Below the pieces are notes generated by a model. It was not told the origin of the DNA and made no database searches. It saw nothing but the letters and a program-made list of their open reading frames with translations. The position numbers and the translations under genes were made by a program. This document shows positions 17,288 to 25,131 of a stretch of DNA of 53,546 bases, one piece after another (position 1 is the stretch's first letter; every line of letters begins with the position of its first letter). The stretch is taken from IMG/VR virus record IMGVR_UViG_3300025146_000019, positions 1 through 53,546 of that record; one strand, given 5' to 3'. Source of the DNA: a virus. Taxonomy: Duplodnaviria > Caudoviricetes.

Positions 17288-17393
17288 CTGTGGCACCCTC
17301 TCAGGTGCCCGGGGCCCAGGTGGGGCCGGCTGCGCCAGCGGAGCGTCGGGGGCCAGTCCTGGGAGGCCGAGCTGCCCAGGGAGCGGTGCCTGG

Positions 17394-17639
17394 CTACGGG
17401 ACCGCCGGCCTGCTGGCAAGGTGCTGCTCCAGCCGGCGCTGGCGCAGCCGGGGCACGTAGCCGTGCAGGCACTCGTGCTTCCAGCGGACCAGCGCGTACT
17501 CGTTCAGGCTCGGGTCGCGCGCCGCCACCATCGTGAGCATGCGCGCGTAGTCCACCCGGGCGCCCTCCGGGAGGTACACCATGGGCACGCGACTCACGCC
17601 CTCCATGAGGACCAGCAGCGCCCTCTCTCGCTGCGTCAC
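17394..17639 (-). CDS. Small hypothetical protein with an HExxH motif
   Basis: GTGA overlap with the upstream gene. KHECLHG. Confidence 0.5.
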   Translation of the reverse strand: MTQRERALLVLMEGVSRVPMVYLPEGARVDYARMLTMVAARDPSLNEYALVRWKHECLHGYVPRLRQRRLEQHLASRPAVP

Positions 17640-18118
17640 TCGCCGCACCAGGGGCAGGTGGGCGGCTCCACGGTGCCGTCGGCGCAAACCGGCTCCAGCA
17701 GTGCCAGCTGGCAGGTCAGAGCGGACAGCCCGCTCCACAGCAGCCCCGCGTGGTAGTGGTCAGGGTCTCCGGTTCGCTGCCACTCTAGCGCGTGCAGCAC
17801 CTCGTGGGCCAGCGCCGACTTCGCGACGGAGCGCTCCGGGCGCCAGACCACGATCACCTCGAGCGGGCCGGCGGTCTCGCCCGCCACCACCACGCCGTCA
17901 GCGTTTGTCATGCCGGGCTCCACCCACAGCACATCCGGGCAGGTGCCCGCTGCCCACCCCGTCTGCTCGCCGTACCACTCGAGGGTCACGGCGCAGGCGG
18001 AGGCGGCCAGCTCCGGCGCGGGGCCCTCGGTGGGGGTGTAGACGCTGCCGCCGTGGGGGGACTGGGCGCAGCAGGTCAGGACGAGCAGGACCAGGATGGG
18101 CAGCGGGTTCTTCCTCAC
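17636..18118 (-). CDS. Putative lipoprotein with zincin-like HExxH motif
   Basis: MRKNPLPILVLLVLTCC signal/lipobox-like. LAHEVLHALE...DPDH. Confidence 0.65.
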   Translation of the reverse strand: MRKNPLPILVLLVLTCCAQSPHGGSVYTPTEGPAPELAASACAVTLEWYGEQTGWAAGTCPDVLWVEPGMTNADGVVVAGETAGPLEVIVVWRPERSVAKSALAHEVLHALEWQRTGDPDHYHAGLLWSGLSALTCQLALLEPVCADGTVEPPTCPWCGE

Positions 18119-18155
18119 CCCACCACCTCTAAGGCAAGCACGGGAAAAAGGCAAG

Positions 18156-18371
18156 TCACGCGCACTCCGGCCACTGGGGCGTGGAGGCGCAGCAGTCGGC
18201 GCAGTCCTCCGCCTGGCACTCGGCCACGCAGCCCTCGAAGCTGACGCCGGTGAGGTCGTGCTCCCAGGCGCAGTAGCGCTCGCACTCACTGGGCATGGCG
18301 TCGGGGGTGGACTCCATGGGCTCGGTGCAGCCGAGGAGCAGGGAGAAGATAGCGACGGTGGTGAGTCTCAT
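18156..18371 (-). CDS. Small Cys-rich lipoprotein (71 aa)
   Basis: MRLTTVAIFSLLLGC lipobox. CERYC..GCVAEC..DCADCC..C. Own promoter-like TTGCGA-N17-TACGAT at 18379-18407. Confidence 0.7.
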   Translation of the reverse strand: MRLTTVAIFSLLLGCTEPMESTPDAMPSECERYCAWEHDLTGVSFEGCVAECQAEDCADCCASTPQWPECA

Positions 18372-18430
18372 ACCGCCCATCGTAACTCCATTGTTGCCTT
18401 TTCGCAAGCCCCTGGAGGAAACCGCTGCTA

Positions 18431-21400
18431 CTACCGGCCCTTGTGGATGCGCGCCTGGATCGCGTCGAACCATGGCCGGTTCGCGCCGCTGTTCACGCCG
18501 ACGAAGCGGATCCGCCAGCGGTCGGTGTTCGCCGGCATGACCAGGACGAAGTCGCGTCGGACCCAGGCGGAGGACCCGACGTTCTCGGCCGTCGAGTCCT
18601 TCGAGAGCAGGACGACGTCGGAGCTGTCGCGCAGCTCGACGATGATCTGGCCGGTGGCCCCGGACTCGTCGCGCCGCCAGACGGTCACGACTAGGACATC
18701 GCCGGCGCTCTTGTAGCCGACGCCGATCACGTTCTGCTGGTAGAACTCGCCCGATGCCGAGCAGCTCAGGAACCCGGCGCCCTCCAGCGGCGTGCTGGTG
18801 CTGCGCACCCAGGTCCCGGAGAGCGTCGTCCACCCGGCGAGGTCGACGTTGAACGTCGGGTTCGATAGTAGCGCGGTCGCGGGCTCGCCGATGACGTCGC
18901 CGACCTGGAGCGTGAAGTTGTCGAGCCGCGTGTCCGGCGCGCCGCCGCCAGGATCCTTGATGGTCGCCGTCAGGCGGAGCTTGACCACCCCGGCCGAGAG
19001 CGTGAGCTTCTGCTCGCGGAGCGTCCAGGTGTTCAGGACCGGCGAGTACTCGCCAGAGTCGTAGGTGTCCAGGACGGAGCTGTTCTTGTCGAGCGACTCC
19101 AGCTTGACCTGGACCTTGTCGGCCGCGTTGACCGCGTAGTCGAAGTATTGGAGGCTCGCGTTCCTGGTCGACAGCTCGTCGAGCGAGAGGGCGGCGACGT
19201 CGACCTCCTGCTTGATCGTCTGCGTCGCCGCGCCACCGTGGCCGAAGCACTTCCCGCCGTCGAGCCCGTTGGTCGTGAACGTCGGCGTCCCGGTCACGTT
19301 CGTCCATCCGCGGCCGTCGTCCTCGAATGACGGGTTCAGCAGCAGCTGGCGGAAGTGCGCCAGGATCATCTTGAAGCCAGGTCCCTGGAGCGACCGGAGC
19401 GTGTGGTTGCCGAAGACGTCCTCGAAGTTGTGCCGGGCGAATGCACGAACCTCACCGTTCGCTGTGCCCGAGTTCCACGACAGGCTGGTGACCGGCAGCC
19501 ACCCGCTCGCCGCAGAGATCGCCGTCACGAGATCATCGTGAGTCTGCGTGATCACGTGATTGCCACTGCCCTGGCTGGTCAGGTCGATCGCAGTCCCGAG
19601 GATCGCGTTCGCTAGGGTCGTGGCGAGCTGGAACTCGTCCGCGCTAGACCGGATGATGAAGTACGACGAGCCGGCGGTCAGCCCGCCGATTGCAGTCGCG
19701 CCGGACTCCAGCGTGTAGGTGATCTTGTTCCCGGTCTTGAACCCGTGCGCGGTCCGGGTGAGCTTGTCCGTCGTCGTGTTCACGCTGGCCGCTGCGATCG
19801 AGTACGTCGAGGACTCATGACGACCGTCCCACTCGTACTGGGTGGCCTCGGCTGGGTCATCATCGCCGTCGTCACCGCGCTGTATCTGGGCGTGGAGTCG
19901 GTCGTAGCGCTGCCAGGTCCCGAACAGCTCGTTCTCGACCACGTAACCGGAGAGCTTCGAGCCACTGGCCGCCTCGGCGGTCGTGTCGTTCGTCGCGGTC
20001 GTCAGCACCTTGCCGATTCGCTGCTGCAGCTTGACACTCTTGGGCGGATACGGCCGAGCAGCCCGCTGCTGCAGCTGGAGCGCGACGGCGGTCACGGCGT
20101 CCTCGGAGACGTAGCCCCAGCTGCCACGCGGCACCAGCTTCACCGACAGCGCCTCGTCGCCGTCGAACTCCAGGGTGCCGACGATCGCGTCGCGGATGTG
20201 GCCGACGAAGTAGACCGGGGTGTTCGCGGCCCACTCGCGCGGCACCGTGTCGAGCAGGCCGCGCCAGGGGTCCTGCAGGACCCAGGTCCCGTCGCCCAGG
20301 TCAGTGACCTCCTCCCACCCGATGAACTCGTGGTCCCCCATCGGGTCTCCGACGAGCACGATGTTCTTGCCGGAGACGCGGATGGTGGACTCGGCGAACA
20401 GCGCCTTGATGATCGTAGACGCGGGGACTCCGTTCGGCGTGACGACCTGATACACGTTGAACGAGCTGGCGGTGTCGTAGGGCTCCGTGGTGCGCAGGAT
20501 CTGGGCCTGCAGCTTGCCCTTCGCCGTGAAGGGCAGCGGGTTCTTGTCGCTCGCGGTGACCGACCCATCCTGCACCCTCGGCTTGAAGTCCAGCGTGGTC
20601 GTGCCTGGGTCCGCCACCGGGTACATGACGGTCGCCTTGTCCGGGTCGTCCGGCCGCTCGGCCAGCACCTGGAACCACCGTGGGGTCTCCAGGATCGCCT
20701 CGTCGGAGACCAGCGAGGCACCTGGGTCGATGGCCGGCGGTGCGGGGTTGACCGCCGGGAACCCGGAGCCTGCCGCCGGCTGGGCGAAGCGGTCCTGCAC
20801 GCACTCGATCTTCACACGTCCGTCCTCGAGCGCGCCGCGGCTTACTCGCACCACCCGGAGCACCATCTGGGTGATCGAGTAGTCGGGCCAGGTCCAGACG
20901 ATGGGGTCCCCGGGCAGGACCGTGTGCGCGTCGCGGTTGCAGATGAGGGCCACGGTAGCCCAGGGGCGGCACAGCGCCAGCTTCTCGCGGCTGGCGAGCG
21001 TCTGGGCCAGCCGCATGTTGGTGACGCCGGGCATGTAGATGGTGTGCAGCCGTGGCGAGCTGCCGTGCGACGCGACCATGACGGCGGGTGCCTGACTGAA
21101 CGCGGTGTTCTCGCGGAAGTCCATCTCGCGGTCCCGGAACTTGACGGCCACCTCGTCGTAGACGCCGTCCCAGGTACCGGCGGTGTACTCCACGTCCTCG
21201 ACGTTGTCGTCGTTGAACACTGGTAGGTCACCGATGGTGTAGTCGTCGCGGATCAGCTTCAGCTCGACCTTGCCGGTCACCGGGTTGAACCGCAGCACCC
21301 CGTCGATCTGGTGGCAGATCTCCTCGACCAGCTGGCGCGCGTCGTTCTGGTTGTAGGCCGTGAGGCCCACGCCGTTCTTCTCGGTCAGCAGCGTGTCGCG

Positions 21401-22819
21401 ACCCGCGGTGAAGGTGGACGTCTCCACGTCGGTGGTCGGCAGGCCCAGGCGCCCGTGTCGGGTGGTGAGCAGGTCGTACAGCGCGGTGGCGGGGTTCAGC
21501 TCGTACTCGACTGTGGCGGTGCCGCCCAGCGCGTTGGGCGCGGAGAGCACCCAGAACGAGAGCTGTGGCAGGTACGGCTGGCGACCGAGCAGGAAGCCCA
21601 GAGCACCCGCCAGGTAGATCTGGTGCGTCCCGGTGCCCTGGCTGGTGAGGTTGATCTCGGTGCCGGCCTCGGCGTTGGCCTTGGAGGTAGCGAGCTGGAA
21701 CGAGTCGTCCCCTGTCTTGATCAGGTAGTACGTGTTGCCGCTGGTGAGCCCGCCGATCGGGGCGCTGCCCTGGACGTAGATGACCGCCGCGCCTGTCTGG
21801 TACTCCACCAGGCTCGTGAAGCTCAGGTCGAACGAACCGGTGACGGTGTCGGTACCGGTGTCGACATCGCCCGCTGCGAAGCTGATCGCCTTCTTCCTCG
21901 CACCCAGTGCGATCGTCGCGATGCCGCGGTAGGCGGGCAGGTGGTCCTTGTTGAAGATGCCTGAGAGCGCGTTCTCGAAGTCGTACGCCTCGGAGACGAT
22001 GGCCGAGCGGCCCACGTCGTACTCGCCGTCGGAGTACTCGAAGCTGCCGTCGATCCTGATCTCGGTGGCGACTGGCAGGCTGGTGTTCGAGGGCCCGATG
22101 ACGAAGAACGCGGTGCTCGCGGTGGCTGTGATGTCGATCGCGGTGCCGTCGATGGCGTCCTGCATGGACAGGGCCACCTTGAACTTGTTCGCGTCGACGC
22201 GGATGGCGTAGTAGCGGCGGAGGGCGGTCAGTGGTGCCGGCACGGTGTGCCCGGACAGGCCGACGAAGAACATGATCGGGTCGCCGGTCAGCATGCCGTG
22301 CGTCGTCTTCGTGATCTCGTCGGTGGTGGTGTTCACGTCCGTCGTCGCGAGCGCCACCGCACCGCCCTGGCTCAGGTCGACGCGGCCGGAGTCCAGGTCA
22401 CCGGACCAGAGGATGCGCTCGCCGTACTGGATGCGCTTCAGCCGCACCGGGTACCCGTCGGTGCCCAGGCACAGTGCGTACTGCAGGGTCAGCCGATACT
22501 CGTAGGCTGCGGCGTTGGAGTCGTACCCCTCACCCAGTACGTTGCCGTCGGCGTCCAGCGCGATGAGCTTGAATGCGCCGTACCAGAGCAGCGTGGGCCC
22601 CTCGATGCGCTGCAGTCCGTACACCAGCGGGATCGGGGTGCCGCGCTCGGTGAGCGTGACCTGCACGTCGCCCAGCTCGGAGGGCTTCGCCCGCTCACCC
22701 TGCGGCCCCCGTGGCCGGAGGAAGTACTGGGCTGCGGCGCTGATGATGATGAGCGCCACGAAGCCCCAGATCGACGCGGCCTGGACCTGCGGGAAGTCGG
22801 TGATGAGGTTAGGTTCCAT
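18431..22819 (-). CDS. Tail tip / host-specificity protein (J-like) with inserted repeat domains and C-terminal carbohydrate-binding-like domains
   Basis: GTPIPLVYG, PAYRG, NPA..LYDLLT, LKLIRDDY, RGLLDT; LLNPSFE..GW and LLSNPTF..GW jelly-roll-like ends. Lies after the DUF2163-like gene. Confidence 0.88.
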   Translation of the reverse strand: MEPNLITDFPQVQAASIWGFVALIIISAAAQYFLRPRGPQGERAKPSELGDVQVTLTERGTPIPLVYGLQRIEGPTLLWYGAFKLIALDADGNVLGEGYDSNAAAYEYRLTLQYALCLGTDGYPVRLKRIQYGERILWSGDLDSGRVDLSQGGAVALATTDVNTTTDEITKTTHGMLTGDPIMFFVGLSGHTVPAPLTALRRYYAIRVDANKFKVALSMQDAIDGTAIDITATASTAFFVIGPSNTSLPVATEIRIDGSFEYSDGEYDVGRSAIVSEAYDFENALSGIFNKDHLPAYRGIATIALGARKKAISFAAGDVDTGTDTVTGSFDLSFTSLVEYQTGAAVIYVQGSAPIGGLTSGNTYYLIKTGDDSFQLATSKANAEAGTEINLTSQGTGTHQIYLAGALGFLLGRQPYLPQLSFWVLSAPNALGGTATVEYELNPATALYDLLTTRHGRLGLPTTDVETSTFTAGRDTLLTEKNGVGLTAYNQNDARQLVEEICHQIDGVLRFNPVTGKVELKLIRDDYTIGDLPVFNDDNVEDVEYTAGTWDGVYDEVAVKFRDREMDFRENTAFSQAPAVMVASHGSSPRLHTIYMPGVTNMRLAQTLASREKLALCRPWATVALICNRDAHTVLPGDPIVWTWPDYSITQMVLRVVRVSRGALEDGRVKIECVQDRFAQPAAGSGFPAVNPAPPAIDPGASLVSDEAILETPRWFQVLAERPDDPDKATVMYPVADPGTTTLDFKPRVQDGSVTASDKNPLPFTAKGKLQAQILRTTEPYDTASSFNVYQVVTPNGVPASTIIKALFAESTIRVSGKNIVLVGDPMGDHEFIGWEEVTDLGDGTWVLQDPWRGLLDTVPREWAANTPVYFVGHIRDAIVGTLEFDGDEALSVKLVPRGSWGYVSEDAVTAVALQLQQRAARPYPPKSVKLQQRIGKVLTTATNDTTAEAASGSKLSGYVVENELFGTWQRYDRLHAQIQRGDDGDDDPAEATQYEWDGRHESSTYSIAAASVNTTTDKLTRTAHGFKTGNKITYTLESGATAIGGLTAGSSYFIIRSSADEFQLATTLANAILGTAIDLTSQGSGNHVITQTHDDLVTAISAASGWLPVTSLSWNSGTANGEVRAFARHNFEDVFGNHTLRSLQGPGFKMILAHFRQLLLNPSFEDDGRGWTNVTGTPTFTTNGLDGGKCFGHGGAATQTIKQEVDVAALSLDELSTRNASLQYFDYAVNAADKVQVKLESLDKNSSVLDTYDSGEYSPVLNTWTLREQKLTLSAGVVKLRLTATIKDPGGGAPDTRLDNFTLQVGDVIGEPATALLSNPTFNVDLAGWTTLSGTWVRSTSTPLEGAGFLSCSASGEFYQQNVIGVGYKSAGDVLVVTVWRRDESGATGQIIVELRDSSDVVLLSKDSTAENVGSSAWVRRDFVLVMPANTDRWRIRFVGVNSGANRPWFDAIQARIHKGR

Positions 22820-23027
22820 GGTACCCCGGCAGCCTCGCCGCGAAGGCGCTGACTGCTCGCTGGATGCGGACTGGCGTCCCCGTGGGGCTGTGCATCTCGT
22901 GGACCAGCTGCTCGCAGAGTGAGTGGATCGCCGCCACCAGCGCCGCGTGCTCGACACTCAGCGCCTCGTGGTCGGCCTGCAGCTGCTCGACCAGCGCCTG
23001 CAGCTCTGGCAGCGAGAGCACGCTCAC
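22809..23027 (-). CDS. Small hypothetical tail-region protein
   Basis: GTGA overlap. Helical sequence. Confidence 0.55.
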   Translation of the reverse strand: MSVLSLPELQALVEQLQADHEALSVEHAALVAAIHSLCEQLVHEMHSPTGTPVRIQRAVSAFAARLPGYHGT

Positions 23028-23884
23028 ACCAGCCAGAGCCCGAACTGGACGATCTTGCGACCGCTCATGTGTGGGGCGCCCCCGTAGTTGAGCACGTTGT
23101 TGAACTTGGTGAAGCACCCGTCAGCGCCGTCCACCGTGTGGTCGCAGCCGGGGTACAGGTCCACGGAGTCCGTCGGGGCGAGCGCGACGAACGTCTCGAA
23201 GAGCGTGAGGGTGGTGGTCGCCCCGGTCTGCACCTGGATGTCTCGCTCCTCGCTGTCGGAGAGCTTCTTGATGGTCCCGTTGGTGAAGTAGTTCGCTGGC
23301 TTGCCGCCGATCGACGCGACCACCACCTGGTTGCCGGTGATCGACGAGATGGTGGTGTTCACCTTGAGTGGCTCCAGGTCCACCCGGCAGAGCGTGTCGC
23401 CCAGGCGGTTCCCGCACTGCGGGTTGTACGCCTTCGCGGGAACAGCGGTGCGCAGCGCGTCGTTGAGCAGCGAGGGGGAGCGGGCAGCCGCCATGCTGCC
23501 TCCGCCGCCCGGCACGAACCCGTGGCACTTCCCCTCCCACGCCTGCTCGAACGTGCCGTCTGGCGACGGCCGGCGGTAGACGATCAGGTTCAAGGAGCGC
23601 CGGGGTGGTCGCTTCCAGGCGAACTCCGCGAGCAGCGGATTTGCCGTACCGTCCGGCATCTTGATGGGCATCTCCACGCGGATCTCCTCACCGTCCCCGC
23701 CAGCCGCCAGCGCGATCTCGGTGCGCAGCAGGGGGCAGGAGGTGTAGGTGTTCCCACCGTGGCTGAGGTCGCGGTCGGCCGAGGCGAAGCGGTAGGTGAA
23801 CGACGCCGACGGGCCGGAGAACTCGTACAGCTCCTCCCGCAGCGCGTCGTGGACGCTCTTCTCTATCTGGTCGTTGGTGGGCAC
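23024..23884 (-). CDS. Minor tail protein, DUF2163/BR0599-like (Cys cluster)
   Basis: ELYEF, C..LGD..CRVDL, YFTNG and YPGCDHT....CFTKFNN..NYGG.PH. Confidence 0.88.
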   Translation of the reverse strand: MPTNDQIEKSVHDALREELYEFSGPSASFTYRFASADRDLSHGGNTYTSCPLLRTEIALAAGGDGEEIRVEMPIKMPDGTANPLLAEFAWKRPPRRSLNLIVYRRPSPDGTFEQAWEGKCHGFVPGGGGSMAAARSPSLLNDALRTAVPAKAYNPQCGNRLGDTLCRVDLEPLKVNTTISSITGNQVVVASIGGKPANYFTNGTIKKLSDSEERDIQVQTGATTTLTLFETFVALAPTDSVDLYPGCDHTVDGADGCFTKFNNVLNYGGAPHMSGRKIVQFGLWLV

Positions 23885-23897
23885 AGCTCAGCCTAGC

Positions 23898-24161
23898 TCA
23901 GCGACGCTTGTTGACCTCCCCGAACTTCTCCTCGGACGGGATGCCAGCCGGCTCGATGCCCAGGGACTTTTGCAGGGTCTCGAGCATGGCCAGCTGCTGC
24001 TCGCGGGGCATCTCGTCCACTCGCCTGCGCAGCGCCGCCTCGCTGCGGAGCCGTACCAGGCTCTTGATCTTGGCGCGCAGCGCGTCCTGCTCGGCGCAGA
24101 GTCGGTCGATCTCTCGCTGGATCTCGTCCGGCCCCAGTGCGGCGTAGTCCATGTTGCTCAC
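23898..24161 (-). CDS. Hypothetical protein (coiled coil) ending in IEPAGIPSEEKFG
   Basis: GTGA overlap with the upstream gene. Confidence 0.65.
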   Translation of the reverse strand: MSNMDYAALGPDEIQREIDRLCAEQDALRAKIKSLVRLRSEAALRRRVDEMPREQQLAMLETLQKSLGIEPAGIPSEEKFGEVNKRR

Positions 24162-24697
24162 GCGGTCCTCACTTTCTCTCGATCGCCGACGATGGTCGGC
24201 GTGCCCACAGCGCTCCTCGGCTCGATGCTCGGCATCTGCCGGCACTCTCGGTCCCAGGCGGCTCGCTTCGCCGCCTCGTCGAGCACGGCCGGGTCGCTGG
24301 AGAGCCCGACGGTCGCACCGGCCCGGGTCAAGATCGCCTGGTCGCGGGCGACCTGCTCGCGCTTCTCGTGCGCCTCGGCGTAGCGGACCGCCTCCAGCAG
24401 CCCGCGCCCGACCGCGTCGGCGACCTCAGGAGGCACACGGAAGACCAGCCTCCCCTCCACGATCAGTCCCACTGTCAGCCCGTCGCGCTCCACCTGGTAG
24501 CGGCGACCGCCGACGGGTCCGCACACCGGGGAGCTGGTCGAGATGGTGGCGCCGGAGCGGAAGAGGTGGCGGGCCAGGTGCTCCATCGGGCGCCAGGCAC
24601 CGCCGACGACCGGCTCGCCATCCACGAGCAGGGCGACGCGGTCGTCGACCCGCCTGACGTCGAACCGGACTCGGGTGTTCTGCAGGATGTCCGACAT
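24158..24697 (-). CDS. Hypothetical protein with an internal two-fold repeat
   Basis: RFDVRRVDDRVALLVDG / RYQVERDGLTVGLIVEG. RBS GAGGGAG. Confidence 0.7.
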   Translation of the reverse strand: MSDILQNTRVRFDVRRVDDRVALLVDGEPVVGGAWRPMEHLARHLFRSGATISTSSPVCGPVGGRRYQVERDGLTVGLIVEGRLVFRVPPEVADAVGRGLLEAVRYAEAHEKREQVARDQAILTRAGATVGLSSDPAVLDEAAKRAAWDRECRQMPSIEPRSAVGTPTIVGDREKVRTA

Positions 24698-24705
24698 GGT
24701 CTCCC

Positions 24706-25113
24706 TCAGAGCTTGAAGATCTTGTTCGCGCCGGAGTCCCAGACGATGGTGATGTTGCCACCACTCGGGGTGAACGGCAAGCCCGTCGCGGTGTCGATGT
24801 AGAAGATCAGGGTGCTGGTGGACTCCGTGCCGGTGTCCCGGAAGCCGTTGAGTGACTCGAACGGGTCGCCCGAGACCGACGTCAGGGTGACGTCGTCGGC
24901 GTCAGCGACGCCGCTCGTCTTCGTCTTGCCTGCCAGCGCACCGGACGTCGCGACGCGCGCCCCGGCTGCCAGGTCGTCCAGGTTGTCGTCGGTGGCGACC
25001 ACTGGAGTGTCGTCCGCGTGGTCGATGCAGACGACCTTGATCGTGTGCGCGTCCCAGTCGAGGTCGCCCCCCAGGAACGCCTCGCGGCCCTTGTCGTATA
25101 GTGCATTGGCCAT
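24706..25113 (-). CDS. Small virion structural (tail-associated) protein
   Basis: MANALYDKGREAFL..DWD..TIKVV..ADADDVT..LIFYID..PSGGNITIVWD, a pattern typical of tail modules. Confidence 0.75.
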   Translation of the reverse strand: MANALYDKGREAFLGGDLDWDAHTIKVVCIDHADDTPVVATDDNLDDLAAGARVATSGALAGKTKTSGVADADDVTLTSVSGDPFESLNGFRDTGTESTSTLIFYIDTATGLPFTPSGGNITIVWDSGANKIFKL

Positions 25114-25131
25114 GGTCTATCGTTCTCCCTG

